From Octopus vulgaris (taxonomy: Eukaryota): 64,000 bases of DNA. Each line of letters opens with the position of its first letter. The stretch's first letter is position 1. Below, one piece after another: positions 1 through 14,796 of this stretch. The notes beneath the pieces were generated by a model. That model was not told the origin of the DNA. It did no database searches and saw only the letters and a program-made list of their open reading frames with translations. The translations under genes and the position numbers were made by a program. The stretch is taken from positions 558,001-622,000 of the forward strand of contig OX597836.1 of the NCBI GenBank assembly GCA_951406725.2, in the 5' to 3' direction.

Positions 1-129
1 AGTTCTACTTTTTATCAAATTCAAAAGAATGAGGGACAGAGGTGACCACAGTGGGATTTGAACTTATATTGCAGAGTGTCAGAACAAATACTGTAAATGA
101 TTCAGGTTGATGCTCTAACAATTCTGGGA

Positions 130-132
130 TCA

Positions 133-182
<50 letters not shown>

Positions 183-369
183 CAAAATAAGCAACAGGAT
201 ATCCAGAGGTAATGCAGTACAGTCGTTTCAAGTGACTCCATTTAATTGAACAATGCAACCAGTGGTTGCATATTTTGATTTTAATCACCTTTAAAACTGT
301 ATGGATAATACGTACTAAATTTTGGTGCCTCAACTCAAGTACCTAATTCATCTGAATCTAAACTTTTGC

Positions 370-431
<62 letters not shown>

Positions 432-454
432 CACATATACTCACACACACACAC

Positions 455-537
<83 letters not shown>

Positions 538-1010
538 CATACACATATATGTATATATATATATATATACATACATACACATATATATATATACATACAT
601 ATATATGTATATATATATACATACATACACATATATATATATACATACACATATATATATATACATACACATATATATATATATATATATATACACGCAC
701 ATACATAAACACATGTATATATACATATACACACATACATACACTTGTACATATATGTGTGTGTGTCTGTGTGTGTGTATACACAGATACATAACCATAA
801 TTTATGTATATATTTAAAGTATACACACAAATATATCAACATAAAGATATATATATATATGTATGTCATATGAACTAACATATGTATACATATATTACTA
901 TATACAAAATTATATATTGTGTATACATATATACACAAAAACACATGTATTTTCACATATGCATACATATTTAGATATATGTATACATATAAATATACAT
1001 ATATATTCAT
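130..1010. repeat. Compound (TA)n/(CA)n/(TACA)n microsatellite field, representative of many in the window
   Basis: Seen directly. Similar fields at ~2040-2760, 4420-4825, 17910-18345, 54600-54770 and 60480-61220. Confidence 0.95.
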
Positions 1011-1079
1011 GTATAATAGGTATTAAAGAACGGAGAGGAGCTGTGGAAAATTCCCATTCTATATTTCAATGCTAGCAGA

Positions 1080-1990
1080 AGGAGGGTAAAATACCTTCAC
1101 TGAGGACACAAACTGATTTCTATTAGAGCTACAGTATGATGGATCATATAATCACCCTAACACACCTGTCAAAATGAGTGAAAAGGTATATGTTATTTCA
1201 GTGCATCACTTACTTTGACTATGAAAAGATCTTTGATAATCTCAAGATTAATGCAGAGCTAAAATCTCTGGAAATGCAAGGATTTGAGGTGCAATACACC
1301 AAACTGCTCAGGGATACAAACTGTTGATGTACCAACCGAGAAATGCATCAAACAAGGGGAGACCATTTCTCCAAAGTTCTGCACTATATATTTAGCAATG
1401 GTCATCAGACATTGACTAGACAGGTAATATGAACATCAACAGCAAGCTACAAGCACACCTTTGATTCCTAGCCACAGACCAGCTGCAGACTGTGCTAACA
1501 GAACTGGACACCCGTGTTTCAGCAGTTGACCATAAAATGAACCACATGGAAACAAAATACGTGCAGTCTAAAGACATGGCACAAAGTCAAATAGAGGTGG
1601 GAAGTGATAAAATGGATGCAGTAAAAGAGTATATGCACTGAATATCATGGAACTTAAGGGCAGGGTGGAAGGCATCTACCTTGATAAAAGATGTATCATT
1701 ATGAGAGCATATCTAAAATGATGTAATTCAAGAATGGATCAGAGTAAACAATGTGATCATAGAAATCCAAGAGCACAAATTCTAATGATAGGTCGCAAGT
1801 TTCAGAGACAACAGGTGGACTTATGCAGTTGCTGAGTGGTATCCAAGAGATCTGAAAAGACCAGTCAGAAGGCCTCCAAGATGGCAGGAAGATTATTTAG
1901 TTGAACACTTTGGGCCAAGATGAAAATGGTAAAATCAAGAAAGAATTGGAAGTGAATGGCGACCAATAGTGAATAACAACATCAAGTAGT
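1080..1990 (+). mobile_element. Decayed RTE-clade LINE reverse transcriptase remnant
   Basis: Frame-shifted motifs: MDHI, FDYEKIFD (xDYEKAFD-like), GETISPK and the C-terminal EWYPRDLKRPVRRPPRW typical of RTE elements. Confidence 0.7.
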
Positions 1991-2041
1991 CAGGCTGATA
2001 CAAGTGATAACAGATAGACACAAAACCTTATAAGTAAATAA

Positions 2042-2102
<61 letters not shown>

Positions 2103-2461
2103 CATATACATATATGTGTGTGTGTGTGTGTTCATATACATTCACGCACATATATATACATATACATGCAGTCAATGATGCATATATACATATATATAAA
2201 AATATATGTATGTGCGTATATGTAAATACAAACATGCATGCTTATCTATCTATCTATCTATCTATTTATCTATCTATCTACATGCAAATATGCATACATA
2301 CTTATACACACTCACACATACAAACTCACACATATGCATATATATGTATGCATATATGTGGGTGTGTGTGTGTGCATATATATGTGTGTGTGAATATATA
2401 TATATATACACACACATGTATATATACACTCTCACAATATTATTTGTATGCATGTATATGA

Positions 2462-2494
<33 letters not shown>

Positions 2495-2527
2495 CACACA
2501 ATATTATTTGTATTCATGTATATGAAA

Positions 2528-2559
<32 letters not shown>

Positions 2560-2573
2560 TATTTATATTTTAC

Positions 2574-2604
<31 letters not shown>

Positions 2605-3611
2605 TATATATATATATATTTATATATATTTGTATATATATACACACAATGTTATTTGTATGTATGTATGTATATATACATATATACATACAGACATTCA
2701 TGGACATACACACACACACACAAACATGCATATACATATGCATACATATATGAGTGTATACATTTTATCACAGGTCTTATTTTTCATTTTCATGATTATC
2801 AGAAACTGTTGTCATTGCCATTTCGTTTTTCCTTAAAAGCATTTTGTATCTTCTTCAAATGTCTGACATGCGCACACATGCACACATACACATGCACGCA
2901 CACACACAAATATATAAATATACATATATGTAAATGCACATATGCACGTGTAGGGACACATGCCTTAGCAGTTAGGGTTTTGTGCTCATGACTGTCAGAT
3001 TGGGGTTTCGATTGCTGGGCCAGGCAATGTATTTTGTTCATGAGCGAAACGTTTCATTCCATATTGCTCCTACTCAGCTGTCGGAAATGAGTAATGCTGC
3101 AATAGACATGGCCAGTGGAGAAATATTTAGGCCACAAAATCTAGGAAAGTAGCTTTATGACCCTATCGCTACAGAAGGACATTTGACAATTTTTGTTTTG
3201 ATATATAGACTTATATATATGTGTGTTTGTATACACACACGTATGAATATGTATACGTATAAATGAATATGTATATATGGACACATAAGGTATGTTATAT
3301 ATATCTGCTAAATTATTGGGTTTCCATGGCAGCCTGTGTGAGTACTGGTGACACTTAAGTTACAAAAGACTGACGCAAACTTAAAATATTATTAACTGCT
3401 GATATGATACTGAATATTTTTTCTTCCAATAGTCAACATTTACCATACAAATGTGTGTGTGTGTGTGTGTCTATCTATCTACCTATCTATCTATCTATAC
3501 ATACATACATACACACACGCATAGATAAAATTACATACATAACATACATTATATGTATCCATCTATCATCAGACATCTATAAATCTATATAAACATACAT
3601 ATAGAATATAT

Positions 3612-3657
<46 letters not shown>

Positions 3658-3838
3658 CTAGGTCTGCAAGTCATGAGAATCAACTATTTGCAACATGATC
3701 AGTACTTTGTCTGAATACGGCCAGGCACTGGGAAAATCTGGAAAGATATGAGTGTCTGATAATTTCCTTACAGAAATTGTAAAGCAGATGGACCTGCAGG
3801 CTGCTAAGGCTAGCTAAATAGTAGTAGGCATAAACCAC

Positions 3839-3879
<41 letters not shown>

Positions 3880-3901
3880 ATATATGTGTGTGTATATATA
3901 A

Positions 3902-3952
<51 letters not shown>

Positions 3953-4473
3953 CATATATTCATATTAGCACATATACATACACATGTAAGCATATGCACA
4001 CACACTCATGCATATATATGTAAGCATATTTATATACATACACATTGTGTCTAATCATGTCGATTCTCTCATGGTACTATATACTATATTGTCACATGGC
4101 TACATTAAATTTAATTTTACAAAGACAGTCTATCGGGAAACATTTGGGCAGGTAACAGCTGCAGCTCAGTTTTACTCAACTCTCTTCATTAGCATGAAAG
4201 TGATACAGTTCTTATTTTGTTAATTAAATCAAGGTTTCGATAAAGAGTTCTGGAGAACCTTGTATTTATTCTGTTACATTCTGAAAATGCTAAATATTTG
4301 TTCTTATTTGCCTAAAAATTGTTTATTAATTATGTTTTTAGCTATATTTTGTTTTTATTGTTTTTCTCTGAAAATTGAAGATGAAAGAATGAGTTTAAAA
4401 GGGAGTTAACTATGCCTACAACCATAAATACACACACACACATTTATGCATATCTGTGCATGTGTATGTATAC

Positions 4474-4518
<45 letters not shown>

Positions 4519-4683
4519 CACACGCACACATATATATATATATACACATACACACACATATATAAATAGATATGTATGTATGCTTATGTATGAGTGTATA
4601 TCTATATATGATGTGTGTATACATATATATATGTTTATATATATATATATGTACATGTATATATATATATGTATATATATGTG

Positions 4684-4776
<93 letters not shown>

Positions 4777-4783
4777 GTATGCG

Positions 4784-4823
<40 letters not shown>

Positions 4824-4833
<10 letters not shown>

Positions 4834-5192
4834 TATAGGGATAAGCAAGTTAGGCAGATCAATAAATAACGTATACTGAATACATGAAATACAAAAAAAG
4901 TGTATAAATGTTTCCACAGAAAAAGCTGCCACTTACACAGAATACAAAAGATAGAGGAGAGAGTTGAAGGGGTCGAAGTAAAGTACTCCACTCCAACAGT
5001 ATTCAAATGACATACAAATGCTGCAAGTGTAATACTTCACTTCAACTCCTTCAATTTTCTCTATCTTTTGTATTCTGTGTAAGTGGGAGCTTTTCCTGTC
5101 TAAACATTTAAACACATTTTTTTGCATTTCATGTATTTAATATACTTTATATATTGATCTGTCTAACTTGTTTATCCTTATATTTATTTCTA
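4824..5192. mobile_element. Palindromic MITE/foldback element (~370 bp)
   Basis: The left arm tagaaataaatatagggataagcaagttaggcagatcaata... is the imperfect reverse complement of ...tattgatctgtctaacttgtttatccttatatttatttcta. Pairing continues inward (acttacacagaatacaaaagatagag / ctctatcttttgtattctgtgtaagt). Confidence 0.8.
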
Positions 5193-5320
5193 AACCCCAT
5201 CAAGTTTAAATCTCTTGAGCCCTACTCAGTGTATTGCATACACAGAATATTTGATTCTTATTTATGAACTATGTACATATATATATATATATGATGATGA
5301 TGATGTATGTATGTATGTGC

Positions 5321-5361
<41 letters not shown>

Positions 5362-6237
5362 TGTGCATATATATACACTCACACATTTATATGTACTCAT
5401 ACACACATGTGCAATGAGACAAAAACACAGATTATTCATGTGTTTGTGTGGTTATGCATGTATGTACAAGTTTGTGTATATATATGTGTGCATACACACT
5501 TGTGTAGATCATAATTTAAGAAGAAAATAAAATATAGACAAATTATGTAACAATATCCCCACTTACTTTTATAGAAAAAGCATAAAAATGATATTTGGCT
5601 GTATAACGAATTCCAGGATATGATTTTTAGGAGTAAAATATTATTATCATCATAGTGGATTGTTTAATAATCTAAGATATTTTGAAGGTATTCTCGAAGA
5701 AAATATCACTTATCTTTCCCTCCAATGATATTTCTTTATTTCTCTTGTTACAAGTACTTGACAGTTTGTATTCTTAAATGTGTGCCTTCATGTAATATGG
5801 GCTAATATTTGCATGGGTGCATATGCATAAATGTATGTGTATTTGAAAGTGTAGCTATGATAATCCATACTTACAGTGTGTAGTTGTTCTTATGTACATG
5901 TGTATGTGTGTCTATATAAATATATGTATAGATATGCACACACATATACATATATGTATATACACATGTATGTGTGCATGTGCCTATGTGTTTATCTATA
6001 TGAATTTTAGCATATTGATTTGGGCTGGTATACACATGTATATGTTGATATGCTAATAATGTCCTAATGTATGCTTATAATTTCATACATGATTTTGAAA
6101 ATGTAATTGTGAGTGTTACATAAACAAATGAGAAACAGGGAGGAGATCCAATAACCGATAACTGATTGCTTAAATCTGCTAACAAGTGAAATATAATATT
6201 GAATTGAAGGTATGGTAAAATTCAATAAATATATATA

Positions 6238-6278
<41 letters not shown>

Positions 6279-6558
6279 CTTGATGGATTTTAAAACAAAT
6301 AAGGATGGACTGGGGCCAGAGAGAAAATAAAACAATAATTTAACTTAATTACAAATCAGAGTAGGTAAATAATAATAATAATAGTGAGTAAGAGAAGACA
6401 GAGGTAAAAAGACAAATTAACTTAATAATTATACTAAATCCTTTTTATTCAATAAATATGAGTCCCAGGTACAGAGGAACAAAAAGGTGAAAAGAAAAAA
6501 AGTCAAAAGCAAATAATAGAAACACTTTACGATATGTTTATGGTTGTTGTTGTTATTG

Positions 6559-6589
<31 letters not shown>

Positions 6590-6683
6590 GTTGTTGTTGT
6601 TGTTGTCGTCGTTATTTTATTATTATTTATACTATTATATTTACTACTGCTATTACTACTATTACTACTGTTATTGCTATTAA

Positions 6684-6728
<45 letters not shown>

Positions 6729-6788
6729 CACTATTGTTATTATTTTTATTGTCCTCTTGGGTCCTTGAGGCTAATAAAAGGAATCATT

Positions 6789-6823
<35 letters not shown>

Positions 6824-9779
6824 TATAATTATTATAACAATTACTTTCTTCATAATTCCTGTAAGTTAGGTTTCCTTTTACTTTCTCCACACCCAGATTT
6901 GTACAAATGAAAGATTGCATATTATGAGTATTAAAATTATTGTAAATTGGTAGTTTTAAAGTTAATATAAATAATTTATTTATAATTATGACAAACACTA
7001 CAGTTGTTACTACTGCTAGAATTGGTACTACTTTTGCAGAGGATATCAGAAACTGTTTACTTGTAATAATTTTCATTCTGTAGTAGAAAAGCCGAATATC
7101 TTAATGTAACATCTACCTAAAATTAAATTGTGGAGTGTCTTTCTAGTGTGCTGCTTTAAATGGATGATGACATGATATTTCTTCTATCAATATTATTGCT
7201 GTTAATTATCCCTCTATCTACGTATTCTTATATGATATATATGCATGTGTGTATATGTATATATATATATATATATGTGTGTGTGTGCATACACACAGAC
7301 ACACATACAAATATAAATATATACACACATATGTATATCATCATCATCATTGTTTAGCGTCCGTTTTCCATGCTAGCATGGGTTGAACGGTATATATATG
7401 TATATATATATTCATATAGCTTTTAAATGAAATGACTCAGAGATGATGCCTATGGATAATACAGACTATACTGTTCTAATGCCAAGGATACCGACTCTGA
7501 TGTCAAAATCATCTGATCTGTTGAAATGTACATAGTGATGTATTAAATATCTATAAATTGCATCCTGGTATTATTTTTATTATTACATTCGTATATATAT
7601 ATATATATATATAATGTGCATCATCCACTACTCTCATCCGCTACCTTCATCTCCATCTGTCACTCCTCTCCTCTTACACCCATGCAAAGTTCCTCGCCAA
7701 CTCTTTTCTATCTTATGTCTCATTCTCTCTTCTAGTCATCTTGTCCCTTGAGAATATACACTAACACATCATCATCCCCATCTTTATCTTCTTTCCGTCT
7801 ACTACCAGGCCTCTTACATAATGCATGGTAGCCACGTATTTCTTCTATAGTAAGACACTCATGCTTGTCACTCTGTTATACTTTTGCCTCTCACTCTAAT
7901 TCCTGCAATAACCCCTTTCAATTGAAAAGGCTTTTACTTTCTCTTGAAAGTTTCTTTATGACCTCACAAGTACGAGTGTCATGAAAAAAGCACCCAATCA
8001 GGTTTGTAAAGTGGTTGACATTAGGAAGGGTATCCAGCCACAGACACCACATCAAAGAGATACTGGAGTTCTCCCACTTGTTAGATCCTGTCAAGCCATT
8101 CAACACATCATTGGAACCAGATACTGAATGATGATATAATATCTATAATCAATCAATCTTCCTCTGTCTGTCTGTGTGTATTTGGGAAATATCATTCTTG
8201 ACACTTATTAAACAAGTTGGTAGGAAAGTTATGGTGGAGGCTCGTTGCCTCTTGATGTTACAGAATGTCACAGCTAGGTTTGCTGCTGTTGTAAAAAAAA
8301 AAAAGAAGAAGCAAAATGAAAGAATGAGGGAGGGTTTCTTAAGCAGCTGCATATACTGAGCTATGCTGTCCAGTGTTACATTGATATTTACTCCTAAGCA
8401 ACACAGTCCAGCACTGGGAAGATTTGAGAAGTTCTTTGTTGTGTCTTGCAATATCTCATAGATGTTGCACTTCATACGTACCTCCTTGTACAATGTTACA
8501 ATGCAATAAAATCTCAATGGAATGATTCTAGTGACACTGTATAATCTATCGTACACACAACTATGTATATACATAAACACACACATCTGTATAGATACAT
8601 GAAGACACACTTATATATATGTGTGTGTGTGTGTGTGTGTCTGCCTGTATCTGTGTTTGTCTCTCAACACCACTTGACAACTGGTATTGGTTTGTTTACA
8701 TCTCTGTAACTTAGCAGTTCAGCAATAGAATAAGTACTAGACTTTAAAATACACACACGCATATATATAAGTATTGAAACTACATATATGTATACATATA
8801 CCTATGTATTCCTATACATGTACAGACACACACACACGCACATAATGTTTTGGGGCCCTTTCTTCACTTATGTATCTACTGATCACCTTCTGGTCTAAAC
8901 TTTACTAATTGTGTTAACCAAAAAGTAAGGATAGAGTCCATGCTAGTATTGAATTAGTATTGTTACCTGAATATTTTACTTTTCTAATTATTTGACTAGA
9001 AATACTTTCCCTACAATATATAATCAACCTAAAGTAATTACGATTAGGGAGTATTATTAAAAATGTCAATTTTGTTGTATGCCAACTTTTACTGGTGAGC
9101 ACATGTTTGCTTCCCTAAAATGTATGGAGTTTTGACTGCATACACTGCTCTGTATGTTAGTTTCTATTCATACATAAATACATACATACATACATGTGTG
9201 TGTTTGTGTGTGTGTGTGATTGCACGTGATACATAGCGAAAAAAATAAAAGGAAAATAGCAGTCAGCAGTAGGGAATAATGAAGAGGCATAATTTATAAT
9301 GTTTACACAAACATATGTGTATGTTTTGGGCCTAAGACAAGCACAGAGAAGATGGTTGTAAATAAAGTTATTTCCATGTAGAAAGTCTTTTGAAAAAGTG
9401 AAACAAAATTAAGCTTTTCTAGAAGAAAAAGATTGTGATAATTATGTGTTCATAAAGAGACAGAAAAGAAGAGAGACACAGACAGATGTAATAAGCATGG
9501 AGAGAAAGAGAAGCAGAATGGCAGAAAGGTAGAAAGACAAACTGAAAGAAAGAAGGAAAGAAAAGAAGGGGTTCAAGGAAAGAAAGAGAGAAAATGGAAA
9601 AGAGGAGAAGAGAGAGAGAGAGATGATGAGAAAAAGGTGGGAGAGAAAGAAGGAGGGGATGAATGTGTGAAGGAATGACTGGGAGCATGAAGGTACAGAG
9701 AGGAGAAGGATTTTGGTGTTGACTCCCCTAAGGCAGCTTGGACTAGTTGCTGAGAATGTACTACCACTCACACAATGGA

Positions 9780-10760
9780 AATATAAAAGTTCTGCTTCAA
9801 ATACAATTGCATTTTTATTGCAGCAACCATTAAACAGACAGGTAGCGGTATCTCTGTAAGAGGAAATGGCCTTGTGGTAAGGTGAGCTTGTGTGTAAAGG
9901 GTACTCTCAATGTATGCTTAACAACAGAAGAAATCCTAAATTGTGTCTCAATTTGAGAACTTCCTATATTTATGGCAGAGAAAAAAATATTTGTTAGCTA
10001 ACTTAAGTGAAGCATTACTTATGTAGGACATAACATTTAGAAAGTGAGGGTAAAGCAAATAAATTCACAGTGCCTACTCTTAGGTGGTTTTGAAAGTGTC
10101 AGGTGTGTCTTTGAACCTGCATGCTGCTTGTTGTAATAAGAGCTGCTCCATCGAACAATTTCTTAATAGTAAAAAAAAAAGTCAATAGTCTACTTCTCAC
10201 TCCTTCAACTATGTTCTTGAACACAGAAGTCAGATGGCAGGGCTCAGTGTTAATGAAAGCAAAATTTCTGCTGGGCTTGAGGAAGGGCTGGTAAGAACTG
10301 GTACATAAATCTAGCATCCAATCTAACATGTTAACACTGGCTAAGTTGGTTTCTGTTGTGACTATAATACTGAAGGACTGGAAGACCAAGATAATGTCTT
10401 TCTTTAATAATATAGAAGGTGTGTCCATATGGTCTCCAAGGTAGCCAATACATATTCTTTGTACAAACCAAAAGTGGTGGATGGGAATCTCTTACTCAGA
10501 GCATCTAATAAGTAAAGCCCAATAACATCACAAATATTGGTGCTGTAAAACGATCCTTCCCCAAATCAAGGAACCATTTATGTAGAATCATTTGATTCAG
10601 GCTGAATCCCTGCTTACAAACAGGAACATCTTCCTAGTGTTTCAAAATTTCTATATCTCTGTCATCTACATCAATAAAAGTTTTTAGCAAAATCTGGTAT
10701 CTTGGTTACACCTTGGAAATTGATGGATAAAGTCAACGGTCATTGTATGCCTAACATTTG
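9780..10760 (-). mobile_element. Decayed Penelope-like element RT remnant
   Basis: Minus strand gives GSFYSTNICDVIGLYLLDALS...FGLYKEY, resembling the PLE GSFDGAEICELVGLYLL...GLYRDD region. It is followed by a SVNMLD...YQPFLKP thumb-like segment. Confidence 0.5.
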
Positions 10761-11409
10761 GAAAGGAAGAAGAACTTCAATTAGTGTTCCATTTCTCTTC
10801 CATTCCTTTATCTTTTGCGTGTCTCTCTCCGTCTCTCCTCTTTTCTGTTCTTCTTCTACATCTTCTCTCTATGTTTATGATTTTTGTCTAGCTGGGTCTC
10901 CCTTTTATACATTTCTAGATCCTTAATTTCTGTATTTATTTTTCTTCTCACCAGAATCGTAAAACTTCCAGTCCCAACCCTGACTTACTAGGATTGCAAA
11001 TAACATACAATAGAAAAACATCAAATTTGTTTTGCATTTCAGAAAGGCTTTGTGTGCAGAGCTAACTTCCTCTGTGGCAATTTTTCTTGTCTCCATCCTC
11101 TTACCTAATTATGTATATCTGATGACTTGGGTGAAACTTGGAGACATGTGACATTTGTCTGGATGATTGTTATTAAATTTTATTTATACCGATGAACACA
11201 TAAGAACATATATATGTATGCACACATGTACACCACACACACGCACACAGACATATATATACATAACTATATAGTTATACATATGTATATACACAAATAC
11301 ATATAGATATACATATATATATATATATTCATTTATGTGTCTATATACATAAATATTCATAAATATACATATACACACATCTGCCTGTGTGTTGTGTTTG
11401 TCTGTCAAC

Positions 11410-11468
<59 letters not shown>

Positions 11469-11689
11469 CACATATTCCACATACATCTTATCCATATACA
11501 TGTGTGCATAGATATCAGGGGGGGGGTGCTAAAAAGAAAAATGCTCATATCACAAATAGGTGAGAATCCAATAACTAGCTGTCCCTGCAATTCAGCTACC
11601 AGCAGGGAGTTCATGATCCAACATTAATGTGGATGTGTGCTCCATGTGTACATGCTTTATCTAATAGGCCATGGAAGACAAGGACTTTA

Positions 11690-12381
11690 GTTGAGCTGCA
11701 TATTTAGCATTGCATGCTTTACAAATTTTGTAAGGCAACATGCAGCACGTGCAAGGGAAAACATATTGTTTACCCTGATGGTATGCATATTAAGAAATGA
11801 TAAAGATGGTTTAGCGAATTGAAAAATTGTGGTTTCAATCTTTTGGGTGGATATTGATGAGACCAACATTTCTCAGTAATGATACTTTGGAGACAGCAAC
11901 AGAAAAGGATCTGTGTAAAAGTATTGAGGATCTATCCTGGAGGTTTACTAAACTCTGGCCCCGTGTGCAAGATCATCTCAATCAGATTGGGAAAATGTAT
12001 TGAGGAGGGAAGTGGATACCTCATGAGCTGCCACTCAAGAATACAGGCTACATTCAGCAAAGATAACCCATGAAAATATAAAAGCTGGGAGGCTCTACTT
12101 CACCATCTCTACTCAACAGACCTAGCACCATCAAGTTTTCATTTATTCAAATCACTTGAACACTTTACCTGTGAAAGACATTCAGAAGCAGGGATGCTGA
12201 CAAAACAGCACCTTAAGCATTTTCTCTTCTAAAGAATTGGAATATTTTGTCTGGTTTTGATATGTGAAAATGCTATTTTTAATGATGGCATTTATGTCTC
12301 AAATGAATAAGTATCTTTACAACATCTTATGCTGCTGGTCAGAACTCACTGAATGAAACGTGACATCACTTTTTGGTACAC

Positions 12382-12388
<7 letters not shown>
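11690..12388 (+). mobile_element. Mariner transposon fossil (internally deleted)
   Basis: N-terminal HI*HCMLYKF and YSTDLAPSSFHLFKSL (mariner YSPDLAPSDYHLF motif). TIR-like end tcactttttggtacaccta abuts a TA run. Confidence 0.75.
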
Positions 12389-12417
<29 letters not shown>

Positions 12418-12465
12418 TCATGGCATGTAAGCATGGAAAAGTGAATGTTAAAACAATGATGAGGC

Positions 12466-12527
<62 letters not shown>

Positions 12528-12749
12528 GCACACGCACGGATATATTAGGTAGTATAGATTGCATGAAGTATTATCTGATGTTATGCAATGTTTTAAAAAA
12601 CCAAAACAATTTAAGTTATAAGAAATAATGAGCTGAATCTTCAAAGTCACAACCCAAACTATTCTTGCTAAAGATTAATAAAGCTCTACTCTACTAAAAG
12701 TATGGAGCAGTCCTTCAGATTAATGTAAAATTGCCTTTTATAACTTACT

Positions 12750-12825
12750 AATTGACAGATTGATAGATAAATAAATATGTTAATATAGTAATTTATATAT
12801 TTATTTATCTATCAATCTGTCAATT
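12750..12825. repeat. Short perfect inverted repeat (29-bp arms)
   Basis: aattgacagattgatagataaataaatat ... atatttatttatctatcaatctgtcaatt. Confidence 0.85.
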
Positions 12826-13141
12826 CATTTATGCACACACACACACACACACAGACACACACACACATACACATGCACACACACACATGCACACAAATAG
12901 CAAAATGAGGGTCTGTCAAGCCTTTCCCCAAACTCATCTCCTAATAGCTATTCTTCCTCTTCCAGTCTTCTATGGTAGCCTATTTCCTTTCTTCTCTTTA
13001 TCTCTGCTGAACTGATATTCACTACATCTAACACAATCCCCATCTCTAATCATCTGTTACATTATTTTCACTCTAGGGGTCTTACCTACCCACCCATCTT
13101 TTCTGTTCCTCTATCTTATTCTCTTCTACCTTGACTTCACG

Positions 13142-13178
<37 letters not shown>

Positions 13179-13561
13179 AGATGGGGAAACCACATATTCA
13201 CCTCTTCAACAAGACACTATTTGCTCCTCTATTATACTTTCTTATCCCTCAACACAAAATCCCCACCCACTTGAGGGTGTCTTGTCTAGCAGATACTTGG
13301 TGAGCACAGCAGTTCTTGCCATGAAAAAGCATCCTGTACTCTCAGTAAAGGGGTTGGCAGTAAGTAAGGGTATCCAGCTGCAAAAACCTTCCCAAAGGAG
13401 ACATTGCTGTTCAGTGCAGCCCTCTGATTTGTCTGTTGATGTTGAACTGACCAACCAAGGCAAGTGTGGAAAAAGGGTCATTAAATGATGATGATGATGA
13501 TATCCCACACTTACATATGCACATTTATCACTTTGTACGTAAATAAATATGTGTATTAGTA

Positions 13562-13604
<43 letters not shown>

Positions 13605-14472
13605 ATTAAAAGGTTTGGAGGTGATGTACAGGTATTATATAATAGAAGAAATGAGGTACTCAGAAATCTGGATGGTTTTATATTTACAGATTTTTATTAA
13701 TATGTCACATGTTTTTATAAATCATAGATTAGCGTTTGCATCTACTCTAGTAGAATCTCCAGAATTTCTAACCATACAGATGATTTGTTTATAATGATCA
13801 AATGTTTGTGTAGACATAAGCTCACTCTCTCCATCAAATTGGCATTACCTTTACAGGTGCAACTGGGTACCACATGTCAGATGTCGAAATGACTGCAGAG
13901 CAATGTGAAATGAAATGCTTTGCTCAAGAACACAATGCAATGCACTGACCACTAAGCCATGATGATATGTGTGTGTGTGTGTATCCACAGGTGTGTATAC
14001 TTCCTTGTAACACCTTCTTTTCTGGATTCTCATTCATCTCATGTATGTTCTCTTCCCACTTTACTCATATCTTGCCTTTATAATGTGGGATATCCCTGAA
14101 CTCCTTTAACTAAACTCACTTCTTTAGCCTGACCACTTTGTCTCTCCCTTTATTTCCAACTACTGTCTACTCTGTTACTCTCATCACACGAGCCTTTCTT
14201 AAAGTCAAGTCATATTGTCACTCACTCCTATTTCCCATCGGTTATAGGGGACCTTTTTAGGCCCTTTAGTCTTGCAGATTGTAAGTTTTCCTAATATACT
14301 TTGCAAAGTGGTTGATATTAGGAAGCACATCCAGCCACAGAAACCATGACAAAACAGACATTGGAGCAGGATGCAATCCTCTGACTCGTTGGATCCTATT
14401 GAATTATCTGAGCCAAACCAGAAGAGAGAGGAGACTTTACACAGTGTTGCTGATGAGAATGATACACATCAT

Positions 14473-14506
<34 letters not shown>

Positions 14507-14577
14507 GCATATACACAAACACATTGTATATATATATATATATCTACATATACAAAATTGTACATGTAACACACACA

Positions 14578-14613
<36 letters not shown>

Positions 14614-14709
14614 TGCATGTGTTTGTGTTTAGTGAGAGAGAGAGAGAGAGAGAAAGAAAATAGAGAGAGACAGAGAGGAGAAAGAGAGAGACAAACAGAC
14701 AGAAATATG

Positions 14710-14796
<87 letters not shown>

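Noticed and set aside
3680-3740. Possible phase-2 terminal exon (tctttccag|A TTT TCC CAG...) following the RRM2 exon
   Set aside because: The translation (FSQCLAVFRQ...) does not resemble the expected FPGFxRLRM RRM2 continuation, and the pyrimidine tract is short.
130-5006. Many long ORFs rich in Y/I/H/T/C/V, here and throughout the window
   Set aside because: They are translations of (TA)n/(CA)n microsatellites that lack stops, with no domain content.
13720-13780. Hammerhead-like skeleton on the minus strand (ctggaga...caaac)
   Set aside because: Both core boxes are mutated and stem I is unconvincing.
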